Shown: positions 26,439-36,127 of the stretch, piece after piece
Layout: each line of letters opens with the position of its first letter
Position numbering within the stretch: position 1 is the first letter of the stretch
IMG/VR virus record: IMGVR_UViG_3300028601_000022
Coordinates: 78,807-142,806 of that record
DNA from: a virus
Taxonomy: Duplodnaviria > Caudoviricetes
DNA length: 64,000 bases
Strand: one strand, 5' to 3'
Position numbers and translations under genes: made by a program
Notes under the pieces: model-generated
The model's database searches: none
What the model saw: only the letters and a program-made list of their open reading frames with translations
What the model was told of the DNA's origin: nothing

Positions 26439-28745
26439 TTAGGAGTGTACCGGCGTAAGCGGGTCTATTTGAAAAGCCAACACAGAAAGGTTATCTACGC
26501 GCATCGGCAAAGAGCCACCCGCACCACTAGACTGCCCTTTATCTTCCTTCTGCGGTGGAGCCTGCTGAATAATTATAGGGGCCTGTGCTACGGGTGCAGG
26601 TTCTTTTGCAGCTACCGGACGAATGGGAGCAGCCTTATTAACAGGAGCTACGTTAGGAGCGAGAGAGCCGCCCTTTGCCTGAGGAGCGCCCAGAATACCT
26701 GCTCCTGTATGTGCTCGATTGCGGCTTGGATTAAGGCCTGCTAGCTCGGACTTAGGCTCCGGTTCTTTAAAGAACGGCGAGTCGGTATTATCCGGGCCGG
26801 GGTCAGTCAAGTTGTTGCTTGCAAGGTAATCTCGATACCGCTGCTGGTAGGTGCTTGCTCTGTCACCAAGGCCGTAATCTGCCTCCCGCGTAAGCCTAAC
26901 ACCAGAGTTCTTGAGGTACTCTTGGAAGGAGGGGCCTGTTGCCTGTGCGGTATTTGCACCAGGCGTCACTCCCTCGGTTCCATTCTGCGGTGCGGATAAC
27001 GCATCTGCAACCTGAGTTCCAGGTATGCTTGCCTGCTGTGCTCCAGCCTCCGCAGGCTCTTGCACAGGCTGACCTGTAAGTGCCGCGGTTACCTCAGGGG
27101 CGGCCTGAGTTGTATTAGCTGCAAGGTCTGACGCCTGCTTCGCATCTTCTGCCTTTGTATCTTCTGCCTTCTTTATCTGGCGAGAGGCTTCAAGCGGGTC
27201 TGACGTAAGAAATCCGTATTTACCGAAGTTCCGCTGGAAAGAAGCAACAGGTTGCCAGATAACGCCCTTGCTGGATGAAGAATGAGAAACCCCAAGCTCG
27301 CCAGTATCTGGATTGCGTACAACAATGCCGACGTGACCGATACCGCCCATTCGGCTACCGTTGTTTCGTACACCAATAAGCTGGCCTTCTTTCAGCCCGC
27401 CAGATGAAACATCATTGGTAGCCTGCAAAGTGTTATTTCTTCTTCCGGTTCCTATAACCTGTTCAGCCGCATTCTTCCCTGATAGCTGTTCAATTACATT
27501 CTGCGGGGCACCTGCTTTTTTCATAGCACTCTGAACCCATCCGGAACAATCTATAGCTCCGGTCGCTAGGTTCTTCGAGCCGTATCCATACCGCGTACCC
27601 GCAGCTTCCTTTGTAGCGTTGAACAGGTCAACATTAAGGTCACCGGACTTGCCGGCAACCAAGGCTTCAGCAGCACGCCTTCCAGGTGTATTCTGTGGAC
27701 GCAAGTAGGCAGCATGCTTTTCGTAAGCTGCGTCCTTTCCTAGAAGTGCCCTATCCGAACCAATTTCAATGCCCTTGTTAATCTCCGCTTCTGTATAGGC
27801 TCTAGCTCCGGGAGACTCGTTCTTCATGATGGTCTGCACGAAGGGCTTTAGGAGTTCCGGATTTTGTTTGAAGTCAATTTTTTGGTCAGGGGAAATACCT
27901 AGCCGCTTAGATATGCTGGCTATATATGCCTCGGTGTTGTTATTGTCAGACGCCGGAGCATAAATCTGCATAATCTCGCGGATTGTTTTCTTACCTGCAA
28001 GACCAGGGTTCCTGTCACCAGGCTGCGCATCTTGGTTATAACGGTATAGCCGGTCAACAATGCCTGCCACACCAGCTTCTTTCGTAGCGAACTTGGCATG
28101 GCCTTTTTCGTCTTGACCTACCTGACCAAGGTAGCCGGTCCCCTTTACGTTACCTGGGTTTACGTTGCGCGAACCACGGTCATTGAAAGCAGAAAGGTCT
28201 TCATACTTCTGGCTTTCACCTGGAGTATAGCCAAGACCTCCACCTCCACTCCCACTGCTAGAAGAGCCGCTAGCTCCACCGCTAGAAGAGCCGATAGCTC
28301 CACCTACGGCACCACCGGCTATGCCCCCAAGAAAGCTAGGAAGCAGGGTCTTAAGGAGAGTTTTTAGGTTGCTGGTAAAGCTGCCCATACCAGGCTGCGT
28401 TAACCCTCCCATAAAGGGGCGGCCACCTATGCCCGCATTACCAAGTCCTCTTGCGTTCAAAGCATTAAGATTGCGCTTTATCTCGCCAGATATAAACTTG
28501 CCAAGAGGGCTGGTTCGAAGGTTTGGCACTATGGTATTGGTACCCATAAGGGAGCCAATTTTATCAATCTGCTTGCTTGAACGGCTGTGCAGACTTTGTA
28601 TAGACTTTATCAGTGCCATGTTGTCATCCAGGTCGGACTTCAACTTGGCTTCTCCTTGTTTGCGCTCCGTACCTTCTTTCTCCAGGGCAGCAACTACCTC
28701 AGAGATTGAGGTTTTATCTTTTTTGTCACGGCGATTCATATGCAC
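26439..28745 (-). CDS. virion tail protein with lysozyme-like (RN.NPGN) and NlpC/P60 peptidase domains
   Basis: RNVNPGNV...TIREIMQIYAP..NNTEAY; YGYG...IDCSGWV...GHVGIV. Confidence 0.8.
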   Translation of the reverse strand: MHMNRRDKKDKTSISEVVAALEKEGTERKQGEAKLKSDLDDNMALIKSIQSLHSRSSKQIDKIGSLMGTNTIVPNLRTSPLGKFISGEIKRNLNALNARGLGNAGIGGRPFMGGLTQPGMGSFTSNLKTLLKTLLPSFLGGIAGGAVGGAIGSSSGGASGSSSSGSGGGGLGYTPGESQKYEDLSAFNDRGSRNVNPGNVKGTGYLGQVGQDEKGHAKFATKEAGVAGIVDRLYRYNQDAQPGDRNPGLAGKKTIREIMQIYAPASDNNNTEAYIASISKRLGISPDQKIDFKQNPELLKPFVQTIMKNESPGARAYTEAEINKGIEIGSDRALLGKDAAYEKHAAYLRPQNTPGRRAAEALVAGKSGDLNVDLFNATKEAAGTRYGYGSKNLATGAIDCSGWVQSAMKKAGAPQNVIEQLSGKNAAEQVIGTGRRNNTLQATNDVSSGGLKEGQLIGVRNNGSRMGGIGHVGIVVRNPDTGELGVSHSSSSKGVIWQPVASFQRNFGKYGFLTSDPLEASRQIKKAEDTKAEDAKQASDLAANTTQAAPEVTAALTGQPVQEPAEAGAQQASIPGTQVADALSAPQNGTEGVTPGANTAQATGPSFQEYLKNSGVRLTREADYGLGDRASTYQQRYRDYLASNNLTDPGPDNTDSPFFKEPEPKSELAGLNPSRNRAHTGAGILGAPQAKGGSLAPNVAPVNKAAPIRPVAAKEPAPVAQAPIIIQQAPPQKEDKGQSSGAGGSLPMRVDNLSVLAFQIDPLTPVHS

Positions 28746-28811
28746 ATCCTGTCCTTAGAATAAGGGCGGATTCTGGCCCTACAATCAAAACTTTCACCAA
28801 GGGTTTATACC

Positions 28812-29759
28812 ATGAATACAGCAACCGAAACTCTTCCTCCGATTTACGAGTTCCTTCTCTGGAACAACTGCAACAACAACTGCAAGTTCTGCCACCAGAA
28901 GGCTCGCAAGGCACGCTTCCCTGGCAAGTTCTTGGATGCCAAACAGCAGGCGCATTCCATTCAGTTGGTACGCGACTTCCTTACAACGGGACACCTCGTT
29001 GGTCAGGAAAGTATGCCGGCTGAAAAGAAGTTTAACATGCTTCTTATGGGCGGTGAGTTGTTTGATAACCGCCTTACGCCTGCGAATGAAAAAGCCTTCT
29101 TTGACCTTGCAGACGTTATTCTCGTCCAGATGTTGGAAGGCCGCATTGACCACCTTTACGTCAACACCAACCTGCTTTATGATATGAACATCATGCTGTT
29201 GGACTTTCTGTACCGCTTTACACGTGCTGGGTTGAGCAGTCGTATCCGCTTTACTACCTCGTGTGACGTGGCTTACCGCTTTGCGAATCACGGCGCACTT
29301 GCCTTCATGACCAGCAATCTGAAGAAACTGCGCGTTACCTACCCTGAAATTCCGATGGTTGCAAACTGTATTCTTACTGATGCTGCGGTGCAGTTCCTGC
29401 TGAACAACCCCATGTATCCTTCCGTGTTTGAGGAACGTTACGGGGCGAGGCTCAACCTTATCCCATACATCACCCTCAAAAACAGCATGGCACCGGAAAG
29501 GGCTGACGTTCATAAGGTTCTCCTTCTCCTCAATGAACTCAACCCAGGCTATTTGAAGGCATACGTTGACGGCATCGACATGCCACAGAAGAAATTCCTG
29601 TATGAATATGACAGTGGTAGCTATCATTCCGCTACTTCCGCTGATGCAGCCTGCGGCCACGGTGTGAACTTCGGCCATTGCTACAAGTCTACCGACGATA
29701 AAAAGTCGGGCGCCTGCTTCATTTGTGATTGCAAAGCCCTTCTCGATTCCGTATCCTAG
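28812..29759 (+). CDS. radical SAM-like protein, paralog 5
   Basis: EFLLWNNCNNNCKFC, GGE, TN, TSCDVAYRF, ILT, ACGH...CY...CFICDC. Confidence 0.83.
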   Translation: MNTATETLPPIYEFLLWNNCNNNCKFCHQKARKARFPGKFLDAKQQAHSIQLVRDFLTTGHLVGQESMPAEKKFNMLLMGGELFDNRLTPANEKAFFDLADVILVQMLEGRIDHLYVNTNLLYDMNIMLLDFLYRFTRAGLSSRIRFTTSCDVAYRFANHGALAFMTSNLKKLRVTYPEIPMVANCILTDAAVQFLLNNPMYPSVFEERYGARLNLIPYITLKNSMAPERADVHKVLLLLNELNPGYLKAYVDGIDMPQKKFLYEYDSGSYHSATSADAACGHGVNFGHCYKSTDDKKSGACFICDCKALLDSVS

Positions 29760-29767
29760 GAGGATGT

Positions 29768-30616
29768 ATGTTCAACCCTAACGATAACACTCATCCTGTT
29801 GACCAGCGGGCAAAACCCCTCATTGGCATTGTGATAAACAACCAAGACCCGTTGCAGTTACGCCGGGTTCAGGTGAAGATTGAGGGCCTGCTCGAGGGCG
29901 TAGATACAAAGACCGCACCTTGGTTTCGCCCGGAAGCTTCTGGCCTTGGTAGCCGTTCTGACTACGGCACTTTCGATGAAGTACCCGAGGTAAACTCCCC
30001 GGTACAAGTTACGCTCACTGGCGGTGACCTTCGTAGCGGCACCTACAAAGCCTGCCATGATACCTCGGTTGATAGCTCTATGATTCGCCTCTTTGGCGAA
30101 GATTACCCGGCCACCAGCGGTAAATGCGATGCAAAAGGAACATTTACGCGCAAGAACAAAAAGCGCGGATATACCGAGAAGATGCACCAGTCAGGCTTTT
30201 ATACTCAGGTAGACAAAGCCGGCAACTTGCACGTTTACATTCCCGGTAATATCTTCGTTCACGTCAAGGGCGGTATTGCAATGCAGGTCGACAAGGATTT
30301 CCTCATGAAATGCCTGGGCATGCTTGGCCTAAGCAGCGACGGTGATGCTGGCATAAGTGCTGGCGGAAACCTGGAAGCTCTTGCCGGACAGGATATTTCT
30401 ATTGATTCTGAATCCAGTGGCCGCATTGATACTGGTCTTGGCGTGCGCTTTGGCGTGAAGGATAAGACCAACTCTGGCACAAGTAGTGCCGCTTCTACCG
30501 TAGATGCTCGCCAGGCTGAGGTTAAGGAGTTGCAGGATGCTGTTCTCCTTTCTGGCGAAGTTGCCAAGGACTCGATTGAAGTTCACTCCAACTCCCTTTT
30601 GGGCACCCGTAGCTAG
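29768..30616 (+). CDS. baseplate central spike (gp5/VgrG-like OB-fold)
   Basis: GIVINNQDPLQLRRVQV.I.GL...PW...VPEV...V.V; HQSG; beta-helix-like repeats. Confidence 0.8.
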   Translation: MFNPNDNTHPVDQRAKPLIGIVINNQDPLQLRRVQVKIEGLLEGVDTKTAPWFRPEASGLGSRSDYGTFDEVPEVNSPVQVTLTGGDLRSGTYKACHDTSVDSSMIRLFGEDYPATSGKCDAKGTFTRKNKKRGYTEKMHQSGFYTQVDKAGNLHVYIPGNIFVHVKGGIAMQVDKDFLMKCLGMLGLSSDGDAGISAGGNLEALAGQDISIDSESSGRIDTGLGVRFGVKDKTNSGTSSAASTVDARQAEVKELQDAVLLSGEVAKDSIEVHSNSLLGTRS

Positions 30617-30655
30617 GTTCGTTTAATACTGAAACAAGAACATAAGGAGTTCATC

Positions 30656-31030
30656 ATGCCTATCCAATACAAGAAAGAAGGTTTTATTTACGTTACGTTT
30701 GACGTGGAAGGCTACCACGCTTGGGCCAATGCGCCGGAAGAGGTTGCCTTCTTGCGTAATACCCATCGGCATATGTTCAAGTTCAAGGCAACCATCAGTG
30801 TCACTCACGATGACCGCGAAGTGGAGTTCTTCCTGTTCCAGCGCGAGGTGTCCAAGGCTATTGATTGCGTGGACAACAAGTCCTGCGAAACCCTTGCCCG
30901 GGAACTGTGCGAATACATCTCCTCTACTTACCCTGGCCGCTATGTGGAAGTGGAAGTTTCCGAAGACGGCGAGAACGGCGCCATTGTGGCTTATACTCCC
31001 GTTAACCGGCCGGGTAAAGCGGAGGCATAA
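30656..31030 (+). CDS. QueD/PTPS-like T-fold protein
   Basis: EGYH.W, HRHMF, DREVEF, SCETLA, VSEDGENG. Confidence 0.75.
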   Translation: MPIQYKKEGFIYVTFDVEGYHAWANAPEEVAFLRNTHRHMFKFKATISVTHDDREVEFFLFQREVSKAIDCVDNKSCETLARELCEYISSTYPGRYVEVEVSEDGENGAIVAYTPVNRPGKAEA

Positions 31031-32236
31031 ATGCACATCGTCCTCCTTCCCATTGAGCCGTTGGAAGAGCGGTACAGCAAGCAGTGGCTTGACTGGACGC
31101 TGGAATATTTCAACTCGGATGAGCCCTACGCTCATTATACACCGAAGGACCTCACCTACGATGTTCTTCTGCCCGAATCCTACGAATCAATCAAAAACGG
31201 CCAATTCCTGGACTGCATTCAGACTAACGCCTTTAAGGCAAAGCAGTTGCAGATGGCTATTGACTGGATATCCAAACAGGATGAGCGCGTTTTGCGCAGT
31301 CCGCAGACTGTTTTCCTCCTGCATGACGGGTGGTTTCCAGGCATTGAAATGCTGGCATATATCCGCAGTGCTATGCGGTACAACTTCCGCATTGCTGCCT
31401 GCCTTCATGCTGGCACCTGGGATACCCATGACTTCACATTCCGTTCTGGCATGAGTGTTTGGGCGCGCGGTATAGAAGCGTCTTGGATGGCTATTTACGA
31501 CCACATCTTTGTTGCAACCGAGTTTCACAAGAGCCTTATGCAGCAAAGCGGCGTTTTTGCCAATCCCCTTGCGGCCCCTATCTCGGTTACGGGGTTTCCC
31601 ATATTTTCTCCCCCTAAGTTGGAACTTGCATTTCCGCAGGCTGTGAAAAAAGACTTGGTAGTCTTCCCCCACCGTGTTGCCCCTGAAAAGCGAAATGCTT
31701 TGTTTGAAATTCTTGCAGAACGAGCCGCTAAGGTGCCCGAGCTTCGGCATTTTTCATTCGTGCAAACGAAGGAAGTCTGCACTTCGGACAACCCGAAGAT
31801 TGCAAAGGAGCAGTATTACGACTTGCTTCGGTCTGCCCGGTATGCTGTGTCGTTTGCAACGCAGGAAACCTGGGGTATCGCAATGCAGGAAAGCGTCATG
31901 TGCGGCTGCATTCCTATTGTCCCTGACAGGCTTTCTTACCGGGAAATGTACCCTCCCTGCTTCCGCATACCTGATTCCCTCACATTGGACGCTGAAGTAG
32001 AGCAAATGCTTATTCGGATGGTCAAGCTTGAAGGCCTTCGTGAATATGCAGAAGAAAAGCGTGCTAACCTCAGCGGCATCTTTCAGGTAAAGGGGTTTTC
32101 TGCCCTTATAAATATGATTGATGACCTGGAGTCGAACAATTCGTTTTCACGGGCACACTCGGCTTATGCCAAAGAGGTAGCCAAGCTGGATAACCCTGGC
32201 TCTATTCTCGACCAAGAGTTCAAAAAGCTTCTGTAA
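31031..32236 (+). CDS. GT-B glycosyltransferase (GT4-like)
   Basis: EERY..QW, HAGTWD, FPHR..PEK, QETWGIAMQE, PDRLSYREM; starts on the base after the QueD-like stop. Confidence 0.85.
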   Translation: MHIVLLPIEPLEERYSKQWLDWTLEYFNSDEPYAHYTPKDLTYDVLLPESYESIKNGQFLDCIQTNAFKAKQLQMAIDWISKQDERVLRSPQTVFLLHDGWFPGIEMLAYIRSAMRYNFRIAACLHAGTWDTHDFTFRSGMSVWARGIEASWMAIYDHIFVATEFHKSLMQQSGVFANPLAAPISVTGFPIFSPPKLELAFPQAVKKDLVVFPHRVAPEKRNALFEILAERAAKVPELRHFSFVQTKEVCTSDNPKIAKEQYYDLLRSARYAVSFATQETWGIAMQESVMCGCIPIVPDRLSYREMYPPCFRIPDSLTLDAEVEQMLIRMVKLEGLREYAEEKRANLSGIFQVKGFSALINMIDDLESNNSFSRAHSAYAKEVAKLDNPGSILDQEFKKLL

Positions 32237-32253
32237 CCAATAAGGATATCGCA

Positions 32254-33015
32254 ATGATTATTTGCGTAGCCAACACTTCACCGGCTAAGGTGAAGAAGCA
32301 GTTTGAAAAGAAGGGCATCGCGTTTTCCATGTGGAAGCCCGATACTGAAATTGACCCTGATACTACCTACGGGTTCTTTAACTTCAATGACCTTCGTGCC
32401 GCTAAGGTGAAAAGAACTCCCGTGTTCTTCAACATTGTGAGCGCCTTCGGGCATATTGCAATCAACCATCCTATCTATCGGTACGACTTCAAGGAGATGG
32501 ACAACGGGATGGTGTTCTTTCACGAGCCGAAAATGAACAAGGTGGCGAAACTCGCTGCTTCCAAATTCTCTACCAAAGCGCTCAATGACGTTATGTTCAA
32601 GCCTGCAAAGGTATCCTCACACGACGGCTCCGAATTGGCGCGGAGGTGGAATAACTTCATCATTACTCTGCCGTCGTGCGTGGCTGAAACCTTCATGGTG
32701 TGCTTCCTTACATGCGTAAGGTCGAATGACAAGGAGAAGTTTCAGGCCTTCGTCACCGATAACCGTCTGGTAGGAACGGCAAACAAGGCGGCTTATCAGG
32801 AATTGCAGGCAATCATTGCCTGCATGTGGGCCGTCATGCACGCCTGCGCAATGAAGACGGAGAAAATGGAAAAACTCCGCAAGAGCTTCATCAAGAAGAA
32901 TCCGGCTCTGGAAAACTCCCTTTCAAGGTTCCTCTTCTGGAACAAGTCCTACAAAGGGAAGGAGTTGTCAGACTATCTGGATGATGAAAACAACGTGTCC
33001 CTGGGAATACAATAA
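32254..33015 (+). CDS. hypothetical protein
   Basis: 253-aa ORF, AAGGA RBS. Confidence 0.65.
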   Translation: MIICVANTSPAKVKKQFEKKGIAFSMWKPDTEIDPDTTYGFFNFNDLRAAKVKRTPVFFNIVSAFGHIAINHPIYRYDFKEMDNGMVFFHEPKMNKVAKLAASKFSTKALNDVMFKPAKVSSHDGSELARRWNNFIITLPSCVAETFMVCFLTCVRSNDKEKFQAFVTDNRLVGTANKAAYQELQAIIACMWAVMHACAMKTEKMEKLRKSFIKKNPALENSLSRFLFWNKSYKGKELSDYLDDENNVSLGIQ

Positions 33016-33038
33016 CAACCTACCCTGGCGAGGAATAC

Positions 33039-34070
33039 ATGAATCCTGTAAAAGTTGCCCAATTGATTATGGAGAAACTGCTTCTTGACCCTGAAAGCGA
33101 GGTTGTTCTCCCCGTTGTTGCAGTGGCTCATACCTCTGACACGCTTAAGGTGGTGCAGGAGCTGGTTAAGCTGGAAGTGGCAGACAAGTTTCTGTCCGGG
33201 TACTCTTCGGACTTGGATGTCCCATCAGGTTACAGCGACCGCTGTCACGACTTTACGTCCTTGTGTGTCACCGATGAACCATCTTCTATCGACTACATTA
33301 AAAGGTTATTCAACCCTAACTATGTTATTACCGTGAATGGCGACGACTCTATTCACGTCATTCACGCCAGGGCGTCTTTCCCTCATTGCACCGTCCCCTC
33401 TCATACGCTTCGAAAGAAGTTTCTATACCTTCCTGAAAGGAAGCTCGTTTACTGTGTAATGAACAAGTGCGGCAGCACCTACATCGGCAGGGGGTTGACT
33501 GGCCTTGATACGGACGATGCCATTCAGGCCCGTTCGTCCTCCCTTTATCACATGCAGGACATATTCTCGCGCACCAATGACCTGTACAAGTTCACCGTGG
33601 TGCGCAACCCCTACTCCCGCTTTGTGTCCACCTACCTTGACATTATTGCAGGGCCCGAAGGTGTACCGTCTCCGCGAAACATTTACTACCGTAGGGCCTT
33701 GAAGCTCCCGGTTGACCGCCGTATCGAGTTCACTGAACTGATTGACGCGGTTGAAAAGCAGGGCTTTATCTGGGGGCCGGGCCACGAGCATTGGCTGCCT
33801 CAAACGACCATCGCCTGCATAGGCATCATCAAGTATGACGATGTTGGTCGCCTTGAAGACCTCAACAACTTCCTTGAAACCAAGGTTGTTCCTGTGCTGC
33901 GCGCCAACGGTGATACCAGGCAGAACATATTCAGTGGTGAACACTGCCGAAAGTCTGGCGCCTCGGATAGCTGGACACAATTCTACACGGACGACGGTAT
34001 CCGAAACCGCGTGTACAGCCTGTACGAAATTGACTTTGACGTTCTCCGCTACTCGAAATGGATTATCTAG
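33039..34070 (+). CDS. PAPS-dependent sulfotransferase (Sulfotransfer_2 family) with N-terminal extension
   Basis: 5'-PSB KCGST, 3'-PB FTVVRNPYSRFVSTY, HWLPQ, GRLEDL, LYEIDF..LRY. Confidence 0.88.
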   Translation: MNPVKVAQLIMEKLLLDPESEVVLPVVAVAHTSDTLKVVQELVKLEVADKFLSGYSSDLDVPSGYSDRCHDFTSLCVTDEPSSIDYIKRLFNPNYVITVNGDDSIHVIHARASFPHCTVPSHTLRKKFLYLPERKLVYCVMNKCGSTYIGRGLTGLDTDDAIQARSSSLYHMQDIFSRTNDLYKFTVVRNPYSRFVSTYLDIIAGPEGVPSPRNIYYRRALKLPVDRRIEFTELIDAVEKQGFIWGPGHEHWLPQTTIACIGIIKYDDVGRLEDLNNFLETKVVPVLRANGDTRQNIFSGEHCRKSGASDSWTQFYTDDGIRNRVYSLYEIDFDVLRYSKWII

Positions 34071-34157
34071 CGGCTACGTTTAATACAAAGTATTGTTGCA
34101 ATAGCCTATAAGGCATAGGGCCTTTTGGCTTGAACTCACAAAATCAGGAGAAATCCA

Positions 34158-34454
34158 ATGGGTGTCATTTACTGCAAAGAATCCAATGAGCTTGTTGCCT
34201 TCAATTTTGCCAATCCCGCCATGGTCATCAACATCTACGAACAGGACAACGGCATGCTGGTCGCCTTCAGCGATGGCCTCCATGACATTCAGGCCCTGCA
34301 GTACGCCAAGCGCCCGGCCACGGAAGTTCTGGCCGAGCTTAAAACCGAAAACCCGTTTATTGCCGACGAACTGTTCGTGGTTACGCCCAGCAGCGCCGAC
34401 GCAGAAGGCGAAGACGACGAAGACGAAGACGGTGAAGACTGGCAGAGCCAGTAA
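34158..34454 (+). CDS. small acidic hypothetical protein
   Basis: AGGAG RBS, GC3-rich codons, followed by terminator. Confidence 0.7.
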   Translation: MGVIYCKESNELVAFNFANPAMVINIYEQDNGMLVAFSDGLHDIQALQYAKRPATEVLAELKTENPFIADELFVVTPSSADAEGEDDEDEDGEDWQSQ

Positions 34455-34485
34455 TCCGGCGCCGGCCTAGGCCACGAGCGAAAGC

Positions 34486-34530
34486 GGAAACCCGTAGTTC
34501 CATTAGGCGCTACGGGTTTCCTTTGTTTCT
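34486..34530 (+). terminator. intrinsic terminator
   Basis: GGAAACCCGTAG...CTACGGGTTTCC followed by TTTGTTT. Confidence 0.75.
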
Positions 34531-34545
34531 GACAAGGAGATACCG

Positions 34546-35148
34546 ATGAATGCTGACTTAGCTGGTAAGTATGCGGTTGTAGTGGACCGCGAAACAAAAA
34601 GAGTTATAGCGGCAGGATTGGTAGTGGATGTAAAAGCAGGAAATTTCAACCTTATAAGCTTCGACCGTATTGCATTTTACCACGAAAATGGTAACTACCA
34701 CTATCGCGTTCTTGTACTTCCGCAGAATGTTATTGAAGACCTTACGATACACCCTACCCCTTCGAGCTACCTAGTATTGCCATTCAACAGGAACGGAATG
34801 GCCGCAGATATTTATTTGGAGAATACCGAGTATGACGTTGAAGTAAGTGAGTTGGTTGCTACCTTGAACACCGTATCTGGTATACAGACTACCGGAAGCT
34901 GCTCTGGTCACGGGCGTGACCACCTGTTTGTGACTATGTTCTTTAGCTCCCTCGACCCGCTGTCCAGGCTTGCCTCTATTATTGAGGATAATGGACTTTG
35001 GTTTACTCTTTCTACTGATACCCGTGTTTACCAGGCTAAGACACCGGGTAAGATACACTTACGGCTGCAATCTGGCTATTTAGGAAATGCAGCATATGAA
35101 GAGGCCCAAAGGCTGGCCAACATTATTAAAGAAAATTGGGTGAATTAA
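34546..35148 (+). CDS. hypothetical protein with TYW3-like C-terminal domain
   Basis: LV..LN...G..TTGSCSGH resembles the TYW3 TTSSCSGR motif. Confidence 0.5.
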   Translation: MNADLAGKYAVVVDRETKRVIAAGLVVDVKAGNFNLISFDRIAFYHENGNYHYRVLVLPQNVIEDLTIHPTPSSYLVLPFNRNGMAADIYLENTEYDVEVSELVATLNTVSGIQTTGSCSGHGRDHLFVTMFFSSLDPLSRLASIIEDNGLWFTLSTDTRVYQAKTPGKIHLRLQSGYLGNAAYEEAQRLANIIKENWVN

Positions 35149-35149
35149 G

Positions 35150-36109
35150 ATGGCAGCGAATAGAGGTCCTACTCCCCAGTTTGTTAAGCAGGAATTGAAC
35201 AGACTTAACGTAAATTTCCAGAAGGCCGGTGATAGCTACATGATGATGTGCTGCTTTCACCGGGATGTTAAGACACCCAGCCTATCTATCAAGGTAGAGG
35301 CTGGTGGAACTTATCCTCCTGGAACTTTCAACTGCCTGGGTTGCCATGAATCAGGCTCTTGGAACACCCTTGCTGCACGGCTTGGTCTAGCGCAGTGGGG
35401 TAAGGAGACAGAGCAAGACAACTTCTATGTGGACAAATCCATCAAGGAAGTAAAGAAGGAAATCGAAGACTCTACCTTGCGCCTTTCCAAGTGGGACAGG
35501 AAGTGGAAGCGGTATGACCCTGCGTTTTTGCGCAAGTTCCAGGCTCGTAAGCTTACAGACTCGCGTACAGGAATTGAATATCTGTGGCTACCACTGAATT
35601 ATGGTGGCGACATGCAAGGTTACATTCGGGTGAGGGTATCTGAAAAAGACCAAGGACCAAAATATTTCTTCTCCCCGAGGATGACCAAAGTTCTTTTTCC
35701 TGGCGATTACCTATTGAAGTACCAGACACCTGTTATTATTCTGGTAGAAGGAATAGCCGATGCGCTACGCCTAGTGCGGTATCGCATGGCGGCTGCCTCT
35801 ATACTGGGTACTATCCTTCTCCCTACAATGAAAGACCAACTGGAGCTCATGGGAGTTCAAACTATTATCACATGCTTAGACGGTGATAAGGCTGGACGCA
35901 GGGCAACTAAGGGGTACAGGCTTGAATCAGGAAAGAAAGTAACCGGTCTTATTGAAACGGTTGAAAATATGGGGCTGAAAGCGGTAGACTTTCGTTTGCC
36001 TAAAGAGAACGACCCTGACGATGCTCCTGTAGAGGTTCTTCGCAAGCTGTGGAAGCTGTATAAAAAACATGGCGGAATAAAACTTCCCAAATGGGATGCC
36101 ACTATATAA
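35150..36109 (+). CDS. DNA primase (CHC2 zinc finger + TOPRIM)
   Basis: CCFH....PS...FNCLGC; LVEGIAD, LDGDKAG, DPDD. Confidence 0.9.
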   Translation: MAANRGPTPQFVKQELNRLNVNFQKAGDSYMMMCCFHRDVKTPSLSIKVEAGGTYPPGTFNCLGCHESGSWNTLAARLGLAQWGKETEQDNFYVDKSIKEVKKEIEDSTLRLSKWDRKWKRYDPAFLRKFQARKLTDSRTGIEYLWLPLNYGGDMQGYIRVRVSEKDQGPKYFFSPRMTKVLFPGDYLLKYQTPVIILVEGIADALRLVRYRMAAASILGTILLPTMKDQLELMGVQTIITCLDGDKAGRRATKGYRLESGKKVTGLIETVENMGLKAVDFRLPKENDPDDAPVEVLRKLWKLYKKHGGIKLPKWDATI

Positions 36110-36127
36110 CAAGTTCTGGAGCCCGCA

